From Hyphomicrobiales bacterium (lineage in GTDB: Bacteria; Pseudomonadota; Alphaproteobacteria; Rhizobiales; Xanthobacteraceae), in assembly GCA_043767065.1 (NCBI GenBank), contig JAYUHJ010000255.1, positions 1 to 40,674 of the forward strand: 40,674 nt of DNA, read 5' to 3'. Shown piece by piece: positions 16,094 through 25,262 of the stretch (positions within the stretch are counted from its first letter, which is position 1; every line of letters starts with the position of its first letter). The position numbers were made by a program, and so were the translations under genes. The notes under the pieces were generated by a model. The model was not told the origin of the DNA. It worked only from the letters and a program-made list of their open reading frames with translations, and did no database searches.

Positions 16094-16680
16094 TTGAGCA
16101 GCTCCGCGGCAGTAATGATCGATTGTGCGATTTCGGCGATTCGCTTCTTCTCGTTCATCGCCGTCCGCCGCATGAGCTGATAGGCGGCCTCCTCGTCGAT
16201 CCCTTTGGCCTTCATCAGGATTCCCTTGGCCCGATCGATCAGCTTGCGTTCCGCGAGCGCGCTCTTGGCCTGATCGAGCTCCGCCTTCAATCGCGCGAAG
16301 GCGTTGAACCGGCTGATGGTCAAATCGAGCAGCGGCTTGACGCGTTCCTTTTGCAAACTACCGACCACATAGGTCGAAACGCCGGCGTCGATCGCCGCTT
16401 CGATCATGGACGTGTCGGACTGATCGACGAACATGGCGATGGGCCGCTTCACTTCGCGGCTCATCTGAAACATCTGCTCGAGCACGTCGCGGCTCGGATC
16501 TTCCAGGTCGATGATGATGACGTCGGGATCGATCGCGTAGACGCGCGAAAGCAGGTCGGTGCGCTCGGCGATGCGCATGACGTTGCCGTAGCCCGCTTCG
16601 CGCAGCCCCTCTTCCAAGATGGCGGCGCGGACCGGGCTTTCGTCGACGATCAGGATCCGCAGGCTCGGATCGGGCAGCAT
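16090..16680 (-). CDS. nasT: ANTAR-domain response regulator, nitrate-responsive antiterminator NasT
   Basis: Track ORF 16090..16761 trimmed to ATG 16680 (MLPDPSLRILIVDESPVRAAILEEGL...). Receiver domain plus C-terminal ANTAR region ERKLIDRAKGILMKAKGIDEEAAYQLMRRTAMNEKKRIAEIAQSI. Confidence 0.85.
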   Translation of the reverse strand: MLPDPSLRILIVDESPVRAAILEEGLREAGYGNVMRIAERTDLLSRVYAIDPDVIIIDLEDPSRDVLEQMFQMSREVKRPIAMFVDQSDTSMIEAAIDAGVSTYVVGSLQKERVKPLLDLTISRFNAFARLKAELDQAKSALAERKLIDRAKGILMKAKGIDEEAAYQLMRRTAMNEKKRIAEIAQSIITAAELLK

Positions 16681-16826
16681 GATTGGGCGGCAAACCCTTT
16701 GATACGCGGACTGCCGCAAACCCATGCAAGAGCTGGGCCGCGAGCAACAAGACCGGGCCAATACGGCGCCAGTCTCCCGAAGGATAAGGAAGCGCGCGTC
16801 AATGCCCGCGTGTTATTTGAGTCTTT

Positions 16827-17822
16827 ATGATCCCCTTCTCCGTCCTCGATCTTTCTCCGATCCTGCTCGGCGGAACCGCAACCGATGCGTTGCGTAATTC
16901 GCGCGATTTGGCCGGCCATGCCGAGCGGCTGGGCTATCGCCGCTATTGGCTAGCCGAGCATCACAACATGCCGGGCATTGCCAGCGCGGCGACGGCAGTC
17001 GCCATCGGCTTTGTTGCGGGGGAAACCACGAAAATCCGTGTCGGCGCCGGCGGAGTCATGCTGCCGAACCACTCGCCGCTCGTCATCGCCGAGCAATTCG
17101 GCACGCTCGAGGCCCTCTATCCCGGGCGGGTCGATCTCGCCGTCGGTCGAGCCCCGGGCACCGACCCAAACACGGCGCGCGCGCTACGCCGCGACATGGC
17201 GAACGGCGCCGAGACGTTTCCGCAGGATGTGGTCGAGCTCCTGTCCTACTTTCAGCCTACGCAACCGGGCCAGATGGTCCGCGCCATCCCGGGAGCCGGA
17301 CTGAAAGTCCCTATTTGGATTCTGGGCTCAAGTCTCTATGGCGCGCAGCTCGCGGCGATCCTCGGTCTCCCGTTCGCATTCGCATCGCATTTTGCGCCCG
17401 ACCACCTGATGCAAGCGCTTGAGATGTATCGGGCCAAATTCCGGCCTTCGGAATTTCTGAAGCAGCCCTATGCGATGTGTGGCATCGGTGTATTCGCCGC
17501 CGATACCGACGCGGAGGCGCGACGGCTCTTTACTTCAATGCAGATGCAATTCGTCAATTTGCGCCGTGGCCAGCCGAGCCCACTGAATCCGCCGGTCGAC
17601 AGTATGGACGGCTATTGGTCGGTGGCAGAGAAAGCCATGGTTGAGCATGCTGCGAAATACGCCGTGGTCGGGACAGCGCAAGTTGTGCGCGAGCGGCTGA
17701 AAGCTTTCATCTCCACGACACATGCAGATGAACTCATGATCACTGCGCAAATCTACGATCACGCGGCGCGCCGACGCTCCTATGAAATTGTCGCGCAAGC
17801 GCGGGATGCACTGGCCACCTAG
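16827..17822 (+). CDS. LLM-class (luciferase-like) flavin-dependent oxidoreductase, group 1
   Basis: Track ORF, 331 aa. [24 protein letters not shown] and [37 protein letters not shown] are typical of this family. Confidence 0.8.
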   Translation: MIPFSVLDLSPILLGGTATDALRNSRDLAGHAERLGYRRYWLAEHHNMPGIASAATAVAIGFVAGETTKIRVGAGGVMLPNHSPLVIAEQFGTLEALYPGRVDLAVGRAPGTDPNTARALRRDMANGAETFPQDVVELLSYFQPTQPGQMVRAIPGAGLKVPIWILGSSLYGAQLAAILGLPFAFASHFAPDHLMQALEMYRAKFRPSEFLKQPYAMCGIGVFAADTDAEARRLFTSMQMQFVNLRRGQPSPLNPPVDSMDGYWSVAEKAMVEHAAKYAVVGTAQVVRERLKAFISTTHADELMITAQIYDHAARRRSYEIVAQARDALAT

Positions 17823-17823
17823 T

Positions 17824-17852
17824 AACAGGGAGGATTTCTAACGAAACAGGGA
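17824..17852 (+). repeat. Two copies of AACAGGGA 21 bp apart in a convergent 35-bp gap
   Basis: AACAGGGA at 17824-17831 and 17845-17852, between the LLM stop (17822) and the MetE-like stop (17858). Same core as the 40.2-40.4 kb array. Confidence 0.8.
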
Positions 17853-17857
17853 ACAGC

Positions 17858-19057
17858 TCACGCGGCCTTTCTCCCCCATAGTTCTCGCGACGCAACCCGC
17901 GCGCCCTCCACTAGAGACTCAAGCTTCGCCCACATGATCGAGGGATGAACCCGCCGGGCGAACGGTCCCTGGGCGAAGCCGCAATCGGTACTGGCGATCA
18001 CGTTGTCCCGGCCAACGAGCTTGGCCAGCCGCACGATCCGCTCGGCGACAAGCTCCGGGTGCTCGACCACGTTGGTGGCGTGGCTGATGAGCCCGGGCAC
18101 CAGCGTCTTGCCTTCGGGGAGCTTCACGGTTTCCCATACCCGCCATTCGTGCTCGTGGCGTGGATTGGCCATCTCCAGCGAATAGCCGCCGACGTTCACG
18201 CGAAGCACCAGATCCACGATGTCTTTCATAGCGACATCGTTGGTGTGCGGCCCGTTCCAGCTTCCCCAGCAGAGGTGATAGCGGGTGCGATCTTCGGGAA
18301 TTCCCTTCAAGGCATGATTGAGCGCTTCGACACGAACTTCCGCCCATTTGCGGTAATCCTGCAGAGTCTTAGGCGGCACCATCACGTCATAAGTGCTGGC
18401 GAGGAACGCATCGTCGATCTGAGCGATCAAGCCGGCGTCTACGATCGCCTTGTATTCCTCGCGCATCGCTTCCGCGATTGCGAATAGCGCCTCTTCTTCC
18501 GATTTGTAATATTCATCCTTGCGCTGCGGTACGACGCTTGCCGGCGCCACGACCGGCAGAAACGCGTTCACGACCCGGACGCCGGCAATCGCCTTCTTGA
18601 CGTCCTCGATATCGCGCCGGATCGCCGCCTGACCTGTGTACTTGATCGGCCCGGTTACCACCCAGGTGCCGGTCTTGAAGGCCTTGCCCATTCCAACGAA
18701 GCCATAGGCCGACTCGTATTCCTCGTAGAATGCCGCGAAGTCGCGCCGGTCCTTCCCCGCGACCGCTGAACGGAAGCCGGTTGTCTTGTCCTGGCGCTCC
18801 TCGAAACCGCTTATGCGATCGAGGATATAGCGCGACCAGCTGATCGATTTTCCGTATTCCCCGTCGCTGACTATATCGATGCCGACTTCGGCCTGTTTGC
18901 GGACGACGTCTTCGACCGAGCGCTTCAGGCATTCCTCGAAAGCGCGTGCGTCATGGGGCTCGCCATCCTGCAGCTTGCGCAGGAATACCAGCAGATCGTC
19001 GGGCCGGATGAGGCTGCCGACGTGCGTAGTGAGTATGCGCTTTGCGGACGCAGACAT
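17858..19057 (-). CDS. Cobalamin-independent methionine synthase II family protein (MetE C-terminal-like Zn methyltransferase)
   Basis: Track ORF 17858..19405 trimmed to ATG 19057 (MSASAKRILTTHVGSLIRPDDL...), with GAAGGAA 6 nt upstream. 399 aa. Probable Zn-ligand motifs YHLCWGSW and STDCGF. The substrate is unknown. Confidence 0.75.
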   Translation of the reverse strand: MSASAKRILTTHVGSLIRPDDLLVFLRKLQDGEPHDARAFEECLKRSVEDVVRKQAEVGIDIVSDGEYGKSISWSRYILDRISGFEERQDKTTGFRSAVAGKDRRDFAAFYEEYESAYGFVGMGKAFKTGTWVVTGPIKYTGQAAIRRDIEDVKKAIAGVRVVNAFLPVVAPASVVPQRKDEYYKSEEEALFAIAEAMREEYKAIVDAGLIAQIDDAFLASTYDVMVPPKTLQDYRKWAEVRVEALNHALKGIPEDRTRYHLCWGSWNGPHTNDVAMKDIVDLVLRVNVGGYSLEMANPRHEHEWRVWETVKLPEGKTLVPGLISHATNVVEHPELVAERIVRLAKLVGRDNVIASTDCGFAQGPFARRVHPSIMWAKLESLVEGARVASRELWGRKAA

Positions 19058-19433
19058 GACGATTTCCTTCCGGTCGCAAGCGAGGCCGTCCCGCCGATTA
19101 TTGCGCAGAATGGTCGGACGAAGCGAGGCCCGAAGCGCTACGCGCGCTGGTTGACATCCCACCGGCCGGTCCAAAGCCGATGGTGGGACGAGTGGGACAA
19201 ATAGGGACAGCAGACGTGCGGCTCCAAGTCCGCGCGCCATTGATTTGCTCGCGCGATGCTCGATCTGATCCGGCCCCCGCGCCTCGACGAAATCAGTGGA
19301 ACATGCAACGCTTGCGGCCGGGACGAGCAACGGGAGCGATCCTACAGCGCATTCACGCGCGGATTCGCGATCGTTGCTGCGATGCCGCCAATAAAAAGCA
19401 GACAACGTGAAGAAAACGCAGAGGAGAGGAAAA

Positions 19434-20459
19434 ATGGGACGTCAATGGAATCTGCTTGCCGGCGCACTAGCGCTTGCAATCAGCGCAACGGGCGCGCAGG
19501 CCCAGGACAAAGTGGTCAATCTGAAACTGAGCTACTGGGTGCCGCCGAGCCACTTGCTCACGCCCGGCTACAAGGATTGGGCCGCGGAACTCGAGAAGGC
19601 ATCCAACGGCACGATCAAGGTCACGCTATTTCCATCGAGCCAGCTCGGTTCGGGGACCGACCACTACGACATGGTCAAGCGCGGCGTCGCCGACTTCGGC
19701 CTGATCAATCCCGGCTATACGCCGGGTCGCTTCCCGGTGTTCGCGGCGGCCGATTTGCCGTTCCTCGTTACCGACAGTTTGAAGGCCGCTGCGGCGACCC
19801 ATCGCTGGTACAAGAAGTACGCCGAGAAGGAGATGCCCGACCACTACGTCTGTCATGTCTTCTCGCACGAAATCGGCACGTTTCACTCCAAGAAGGAAAT
19901 CAAGGTGCCGGCCGACATTAGGGGCATGAAGGTCCGGACTGCCAATCAGACTATCGCGAACTTCGTGACCTCGCTGGGCGGCAATTCCGTCCAGGTTCCG
20001 ATCATGGAAGCGTTCGCGACGCTCAAGAGCGGCATCACCGAAGCGATCACGGTGCCGTGGGATGGCCTCAACCATCCGGCATTCAAATTCGGCGAAGTGA
20101 CGACGTTCACCCTCGACGTTCCGCTGTACGTGTCGAACTTCACGCACGGCATCAGCCGCGCGACCTATAACAGCCTCTCGGACGCGCAGAAGAAGGCCGT
20201 CGATTCGGTCTGCACGCCGGAATGGTCCAGGCTGGTCTACAAGCATTGGTACGAGGACGCGATCAAGCGCGAGCAGGACGTCAGAAAATCCGATCGCAAA
20301 CTGACCAAGATCGGACCCGATGAACTGAAGCTTTGGCGCGAAGCCGCCAAACCGATGTTCGATACCTGGGCCGCAGCCGTGAGAAATGCCGGCTACAATC
20401 CCGACCTGGTGCTGAAGGAGCTCCAGGACGAACTCAAGAAGGACGGCGCCTTGTTCTGA
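19434..20459 (+). CDS. dctP: TRAP transporter substrate-binding protein
   Basis: Track ORF (GTG 19407) trimmed to ATG 19434, preceded by GGAGAGGA. Signal peptide MGRQWNLLAGALALAISATGAQA. DctP-family body, followed by dctQ and dctM. Confidence 0.85.
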   Translation: MGRQWNLLAGALALAISATGAQAQDKVVNLKLSYWVPPSHLLTPGYKDWAAELEKASNGTIKVTLFPSSQLGSGTDHYDMVKRGVADFGLINPGYTPGRFPVFAAADLPFLVTDSLKAAAATHRWYKKYAEKEMPDHYVCHVFSHEIGTFHSKKEIKVPADIRGMKVRTANQTIANFVTSLGGNSVQVPIMEAFATLKSGITEAITVPWDGLNHPAFKFGEVTTFTLDVPLYVSNFTHGISRATYNSLSDAQKKAVDSVCTPEWSRLVYKHWYEDAIKREQDVRKSDRKLTKIGPDELKLWREAAKPMFDTWAAAVRNAGYNPDLVLKELQDELKKDGALF

Positions 20460-20477
20460 GACGCGATCGATCTCGCG

Positions 20478-20504
20478 CCCGCCGGGTTACCTTCGCCCGG
20501 CGGG
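20478..20504 (+). other. GC hairpin between dctP and dctQ
   Basis: CCCGCCGGG-ttaccttcg-CCCGGCGGG forms a 9-bp perfect stem with no U tract. Intercistronic hairpins after binding-protein genes are common. Confidence 0.5.
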
Positions 20505-20535
20505 TGCCGCTACCGTCCGCTAGGAACTTCCCCGC

Positions 20536-20997
20536 GTGAACAGGTTCATCGCCATCGTCGAAAAGTCGGCGGGGTACTTCATCGGCGCGCTTGCCCTGAT
20601 CACGTTCAGCGAGGCCGTCCTCCGTTACGTGTTCAACGCGCACATTCCCGATGGCTTCGTGATCGGGCAGACGATGCAGGGTATCGCCATCTGTTGGGGT
20701 ATCGCGACCGCCACCTACGCCGACCGGCAAATCACCGTCGATATACTTTATGAGCTCGTCGGCGCCCGAGTTCGCCGCGCCTTCGACGTTGCCGCTCACA
20801 CGATCAACTTTCTTTTTCTCGCGCTGTTCGGATACGCGATAACGTTCAAGGTGTTCGACATCCTGAGGGCAGGAGAGATTTCGAGCGAGCTCCGAATTCC
20901 GATCTGGACGGGCTACACGCTGGCCTCGCTCGGCATATTGGCCGCAGTCGCGACCGCCGCCATCCGCTGGTGGCGGGTCGTGTACGAGCGGCGGTAG
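20536..20997 (+). CDS. dctQ: TRAP transporter small permease
   Basis: Track ORF, 153 aa, GTG start. Four hydrophobic segments, positioned between dctP and dctM. Confidence 0.8.
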   Translation: MNRFIAIVEKSAGYFIGALALITFSEAVLRYVFNAHIPDGFVIGQTMQGIAICWGIATATYADRQITVDILYELVGARVRRAFDVAAHTINFLFLALFGYAITFKVFDILRAGEISSELRIPIWTGYTLASLGILAAVATAAIRWWRVVYERR

Positions 20998-21009
20998 CGA
21001 GCATCGCCG

Positions 21010-22314
21010 ATGTCCGAGCAAACGATTGTCGCCATTGTCGGCTGCGTCGCCGTGCTCGTGCTGATGCTGATCCGGGTGCCGATCGCCGTGAGCCTGGGGT
21101 CGGTGGCCGTTGCCGGATTCGCCTATCTGGTCGGTCTGGGACCTGCGCTCGGGATCCTGATCGATTCTCCGATCCGGACCGTGACCAATTACAGCTTCAG
21201 CGTCGTTCCCATGTTCATCCTGATGGGGGCGCTGGTCAGTGCGTCCGGCATGAGCAGAGAACTATTCCGGGCGGCAAATGCCTGGGCCGGACACCTGCCC
21301 GGGGGAATGGCGATCGCCACCATTTTCGCGTGCGGCGGGTTCGCCGCCATCAACGGCTCGTCGATCGCAAGCGCGGCAACGATGACCCAAGTGGCGCTGC
21401 CGGAGATGAGGCGCGCCGGTTACGATCCCGGCCTTTCGGCCGGGGTGGTCGCAGCCGGCGGCACGCTCGGCATCATGATCCCGCCGTCGGTTATGTTCAT
21501 TCTGTACGCGATCCTCACTGAAACCGACGTCGCTTCGCTATTCATCGCGGGCATCCTGCCCGGCCTGATCGCCATCGTACTGTACTGCATCACCGTCCTG
21601 ATCCTCTACCGGGTGAAGAAAGAATGGCTGCCGCGTGGCCAACGTTCCGATCGTCACGAGCGCCTGGCAAGTCTCCGGGATGTCTGGGCGACACTTCTAT
21701 TATTCGTCCTCGTCATGGGCGGAATCTATGGCGGGTTCGTCACCATAACGGAGGCTGCTGGCCTCGGGGCATTCGGCGCGCTCGTAATCGGCGTCGCGCG
21801 GGGGCGATTGTCCTGGTCCTCGACTGTCGATTGTCTAGTCGAAGCGCTACGCACTTCAGCGACGATCTTCTTCATCCTCATCGCCGCATTCCTGTTTCAA
21901 TACTTCCTAGCGGTTTCGCAGATGTCGAAATTACTGGGCGACTTTCTCATATCACTGCCGGTGGGGCCGTTGGGAGTCGTCATCGTCATTCTGGCTTTTT
22001 ACATCATCATCGGAATGTTCGTGGATGAACTCGCCATCATTCTGCTGACGATTCCGATCGTGTTTCCGATCGTCGTCGGCCTGGGCTTCGATCCGGTCTG
22101 GTTCGGCGTCCTGGTTGTCGTCACCGTTCAGATCGGACTGATCGCTCCGCCCGTAGGCATCATCTGCTTCATCATGAACAACATGGTGCCCGACATCGGA
22201 CTGGTGAATATCTACAAAGGCGCAATGCCCTTCGTTATTGCGGATCTGTTCTGGCTTGCACTGCTGCTGGCATTCCCGTCGATCTCGCTGTTCCTGGTCA
22301 AGTTAATGGGCTGA
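21010..22314 (+). CDS. dctM: TRAP transporter large permease
   Basis: Track ORF, 434 aa. Polytopic DctM-type sequence. Confidence 0.9.
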   Translation: MSEQTIVAIVGCVAVLVLMLIRVPIAVSLGSVAVAGFAYLVGLGPALGILIDSPIRTVTNYSFSVVPMFILMGALVSASGMSRELFRAANAWAGHLPGGMAIATIFACGGFAAINGSSIASAATMTQVALPEMRRAGYDPGLSAGVVAAGGTLGIMIPPSVMFILYAILTETDVASLFIAGILPGLIAIVLYCITVLILYRVKKEWLPRGQRSDRHERLASLRDVWATLLLFVLVMGGIYGGFVTITEAAGLGAFGALVIGVARGRLSWSSTVDCLVEALRTSATIFFILIAAFLFQYFLAVSQMSKLLGDFLISLPVGPLGVVIVILAFYIIIGMFVDELAIILLTIPIVFPIVVGLGFDPVWFGVLVVVTVQIGLIAPPVGIICFIMNNMVPDIGLVNIYKGAMPFVIADLFWLALLLAFPSISLFLVKLMG

Positions 22315-22317
22315 ATG

Positions 22318-24306
22318 TCATCGAGTCGTCCGTTTCGCCGTCGTACGGTTCCTTGATGATATGTAGCTGCTGGAGGCAGAATTGAATTCGTCCACGCGCA
22401 ACGGACGAACCTTCCGCCAAAGAGCGACGACGCGGCGGCACGCTTCCGTCAACAGGCTAATTGCCTCCACATCGGTGATCGTTCCGGCGAACCATTTTTC
22501 TGCAACCGGCCAAAAGATGGTGCGGCCTACCGCGAAGCCATGCACCATCGGCTCGTCGGCCGCAGCCGCGAAGGCAGCGGCAAGCTCGGAATCGGAAGCA
22601 TCGAGTCCGAGCAAAAGCACGCCGCGCGAATAGGAATCGTGCGCGCGTATGATGTCTCCGATCCGGCGCCAAGTCGGCTTGTCGGCGCTCGGCGGCAGTT
22701 TCCACCAATCGGGCACGAGACCAATCTGGTAGAGCCGCTCCATTGCGAGAGGAATGACTGCTTCAGGAGTGCGACCGGCAGGCGGTATGAGTTCGAGAAG
22801 CCACTCGTGGCCGGTGGCATGGGCGGCCATTTGTAGCTGCAGTAGCGCCGTTTCCTGCGCATTGCGCAGCGGTTCGGGATCGGCCGCATCGTAGAAAACG
22901 AGGCATTTGGCGACATGCTCGGCCGGCCAGGCGCGGAGCGCGATGGCGGGTCCGGCTTCGGCCTCGAAGCTCAATGGCCGGCTGCCGGGGACTTCCACCG
23001 GCCGTGCGATCCAAATGCCGGTTCCAGTCAAACGGTCCAGCACGTCCGCGCCGAAGCGGTCGTCGACTATCGCCCCGATCGATTGCAGGTCACGGTGCAT
23101 ACCTGCGACGGCGTCGCCGATCAACCGCTTGAACGTGCGGACGCGTTCGAGCGCGGAACCCGTGCGCTGGGCGAGCTCCTCGAACTGCCGGCGATGATCG
23201 AAAGCGAGCGCCAGCACTTCGGAGCGCGGGTGGCGCCCGGTGGTGACGCGGTGCAGATGCACGAGCTCCGGATCCTCGCGCGGAACGCGAATTTCTCCGG
23301 CGCGCGCCAGGAACGCCTCGAGCTCGACCTTGGACGGCATGGCCGGTGCGCAGGCGTGGCGGGCCACGACCAGTGCACCGCAGGCATTGGCGATCCGGCC
23401 CGCCTCCTTCCAATCTTTGCCGCGCAGCCAGCCGGCGAGCAGCCCGGCCATGAAGCCGTCGCCGGCGCCGAGCACATTGAAGACCTCCACCGGAAAGCCA
23501 GGACAATCTATGGCGTTCAGGAATGTATCGGGGATCGCGCGATCGAAGATCGTGGCGCCCGCGCTGCCACGCTTCAACACGATCACCGCCTTACTCAATT
23601 CACGCAACTGCCGGAGCGCGGCAAGCGTGTCCTTGGAACCTCCGGCGATATGGATTTCTTCGTCGGTGCCCACGATGACGTCGCATTGCGGCGCGATCGA
23701 TTGCAGATGAGCGGTGACGGCCGCCGAAGAGACGTAGCGAGTCTCGCCGTCGCCGCGGCCGGCCAAGCCCCACAGCACCGGCCGATAGTCGATATCGAGC
23801 ACCACCTTGGTGCCGGCAGCATGCGCGGCAGCGATCGCCGTGCGGCTCGCGGCATCGACCTTGGGCGTCGAGAAATGCGTGCCAGTGACGACCAGCGCCT
23901 TGGCGCGCCCGACATAGGCCGGATTGATGTCGGCGGCCTCCAGCGCCATGTCGGCGCAGTTCTCGCGGTAGAAGATGAGAGGAAAAGTCTCGCGGTCGCG
24001 GATGCCGAGGATGGCGAGCGCGGTGAGCCGCTCGCGGTCGGCCTTGATTTGCGACACATCCACGCCCTCGGCCGCGAGCGTCTCCTTCACGAAGCGGCCC
24101 ATGTGGTCGTCGCCGACACGGGTGAGGATGCCGACCTTGAGCCCGAGGCGAGCGGCGCCAACCGCGATATTGGCCGGGCAGCCGCCGAGATACTTGGCAA
24201 AGCTCGCCATGTCCTCGAGCCGGCCGCCGGTTTGCTCGCCATAGAGGTCCACCGCGGCGCGGCCCAGCGTCACGAGATCGAGCGCACGGTCGTTGGATCG
24301 GCTCAT
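22318..24306 (-). CDS. iolC: IolC-like 5-dehydro-2-deoxygluconokinase (PfkB) fused to a DUF2090-type C-terminal domain
   Basis: Track ORF, 662 aa. N-terminal PfkB sugar-kinase region LDLVTLGRAAVDLYGEQ...GGCPANIAVGAARLG and NVLGAGDGFMAGLL. The long C-terminal extension resembles rhizobial IolC. The true substrate is uncertain because no other iol genes are present. Confidence 0.7.
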   Translation of the reverse strand: MSRSNDRALDLVTLGRAAVDLYGEQTGGRLEDMASFAKYLGGCPANIAVGAARLGLKVGILTRVGDDHMGRFVKETLAAEGVDVSQIKADRERLTALAILGIRDRETFPLIFYRENCADMALEAADINPAYVGRAKALVVTGTHFSTPKVDAASRTAIAAAHAAGTKVVLDIDYRPVLWGLAGRGDGETRYVSSAAVTAHLQSIAPQCDVIVGTDEEIHIAGGSKDTLAALRQLRELSKAVIVLKRGSAGATIFDRAIPDTFLNAIDCPGFPVEVFNVLGAGDGFMAGLLAGWLRGKDWKEAGRIANACGALVVARHACAPAMPSKVELEAFLARAGEIRVPREDPELVHLHRVTTGRHPRSEVLALAFDHRRQFEELAQRTGSALERVRTFKRLIGDAVAGMHRDLQSIGAIVDDRFGADVLDRLTGTGIWIARPVEVPGSRPLSFEAEAGPAIALRAWPAEHVAKCLVFYDAADPEPLRNAQETALLQLQMAAHATGHEWLLELIPPAGRTPEAVIPLAMERLYQIGLVPDWWKLPPSADKPTWRRIGDIIRAHDSYSRGVLLLGLDASDSELAAAFAAAADEPMVHGFAVGRTIFWPVAEKWFAGTITDVEAISLLTEACRRVVALWRKVRPLRVDEFNSASSSYISSRNRTTAKRTTR

Positions 24307-25151
24307 TTGCGGTTCCGATCGGCCGTCAAATGATGGCCTAGCGCGATCACGAGAGTTTGCGCCAGCGCGATCGGCGCCACCAGAGACCGGAAGGCGCGGC
24401 TCGGACTGCTCCTGATCTCGAAGGACAGCTTGGCCGGCGCCGCGATCGGACTCAAGGGGCTGTCGGTGATCGCGATCACCGGCACGCCGCGCGTCGCGGC
24501 TTCGTCGACGACCCCGACCACGTCAGGCGAATATTCGCGAAAGCTGACCGCAATCATCACATCGTCGGAGGTCGCCATCTGGCCGACATTGCGGATCAGG
24601 CCGCCGACGCCGTCGATCAAATGCGCGCGCAACTCGAGCCGGCCAAGTGCATAAGCAAAATAGTGCGCGACCGGGAAAGAGCGGCCCTGCGCGATCACGT
24701 AAACGGTCTGTGCATTGGCGAGCATCTCGACCGCGCGTTGCAGAAGCCGCGGCTCGATGCTGCGGCCGAGCTCTTCGAGTGCGGCCGCATCGTCGGCGAC
24801 TTCGTGTTGGAGCACGAGCGCCGGGTCGGCCGGCACCGCCACCGCGCGCTTCTTGGTGCGCGCAGCAGCGAAGCGGGCGCGATAACCGGGCGAGGCTTGC
24901 GCCATCAGACGCGAGCGAAAGATGCGCTGCATCTCCGAGAAGCCGTCATAGCCGAAGGCATTGGCGAAGCGGACGATGCTGGAAGGCTGCACTCCGATGG
25001 AGCTGGCGAGCGAGGAAACCGTGTTGAGCGCCACGTCGTTCGGGTGGTCCACGGCGAACACCGCGATTTGCCGCAGCCGGCCCGAAAGCGTGCCGTGGCG
25101 ACGGGTGATGGCCACGCGCAGATCGTCGTAGGTGGCAGGTGCCGCAGCCAT
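24303..25151 (-). CDS. MurR/RpiR family transcriptional regulator (HTH_6 + SIS)
   Basis: Track ORF 24303..25172 (TTG start). I prefer the in-frame ATG at 25151. HTH region VALNTVSSLASSIGVQPSSIVRFANAFGYDGFSEMQ and a C-terminal SIS domain. ATGA overlap with iolC. Confidence 0.85.
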   Translation of the reverse strand: MAAAPATYDDLRVAITRRHGTLSGRLRQIAVFAVDHPNDVALNTVSSLASSIGVQPSSIVRFANAFGYDGFSEMQRIFRSRLMAQASPGYRARFAAARTKKRAVAVPADPALVLQHEVADDAAALEELGRSIEPRLLQRAVEMLANAQTVYVIAQGRSFPVAHYFAYALGRLELRAHLIDGVGGLIRNVGQMATSDDVMIAVSFREYSPDVVGVVDEAATRGVPVIAITDSPLSPIAAPAKLSFEIRSSPSRAFRSLVAPIALAQTLVIALGHHLTADRNRK

Positions 25152-25191
25152 GGCGCTTAGCCCAATGAACAATCGGCTTTACAAGTCTCTT

Positions 25192-25205
25192 AGAATATGT
25201 ATTCT
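25192..25205. promoter_or_regulatory. Palindrome AGAATA-TG-TATTCT, candidate operator
   Basis: Perfect 6-bp arms, located in the 111-bp AT-rich divergent region between rpiR and the reductase gene. Confidence 0.45.
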
Positions 25206-25220
25206 ATTTTTTCAAGAAGA

Positions 25221-25234
25221 AGAATAAATATTCT
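25221..25234. promoter_or_regulatory. Palindrome AGAATA-AA-TATTCT, candidate operator (second copy)
   Basis: Same arms as 25192-25205, with centres 29 bp apart. It ends 29 nt before ATG 25263. Confidence 0.45.
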
Positions 25235-25262
25235 ACAGGCGGGAACGCAGAGCGAGCAGACG

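Noticed and set aside
16681-16826. Sigma54 promoter upstream of nasT (TGGCCC...TTGCT)
   Set aside because: The GG-to-GC spacing is two bases too long relative to TGGCAC-N5-TTGC.
19058-19200. Cobalamin or SAM-II riboswitch upstream of the MetE-like gene
   Set aside because: I found no GCCACTG / B12-box-like segment and no GGCUU...AAAGCU pseudoknot pairing on the mRNA strand. Only a generic hairpin is present. A covariance-model search is needed to be definitive.
19058-19405. 116-codon N-terminal extension of the MetE-like track ORF
   Set aside because: An internal ATG at 19057 has a strong GAAGGAA SD and yields the family-typical length and N-terminus. The extension has no homology-like features.
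22915-24333. 472-aa + strand ORF
   Set aside because: It is antisense to the iolC-like gene and is a shadow ORF.
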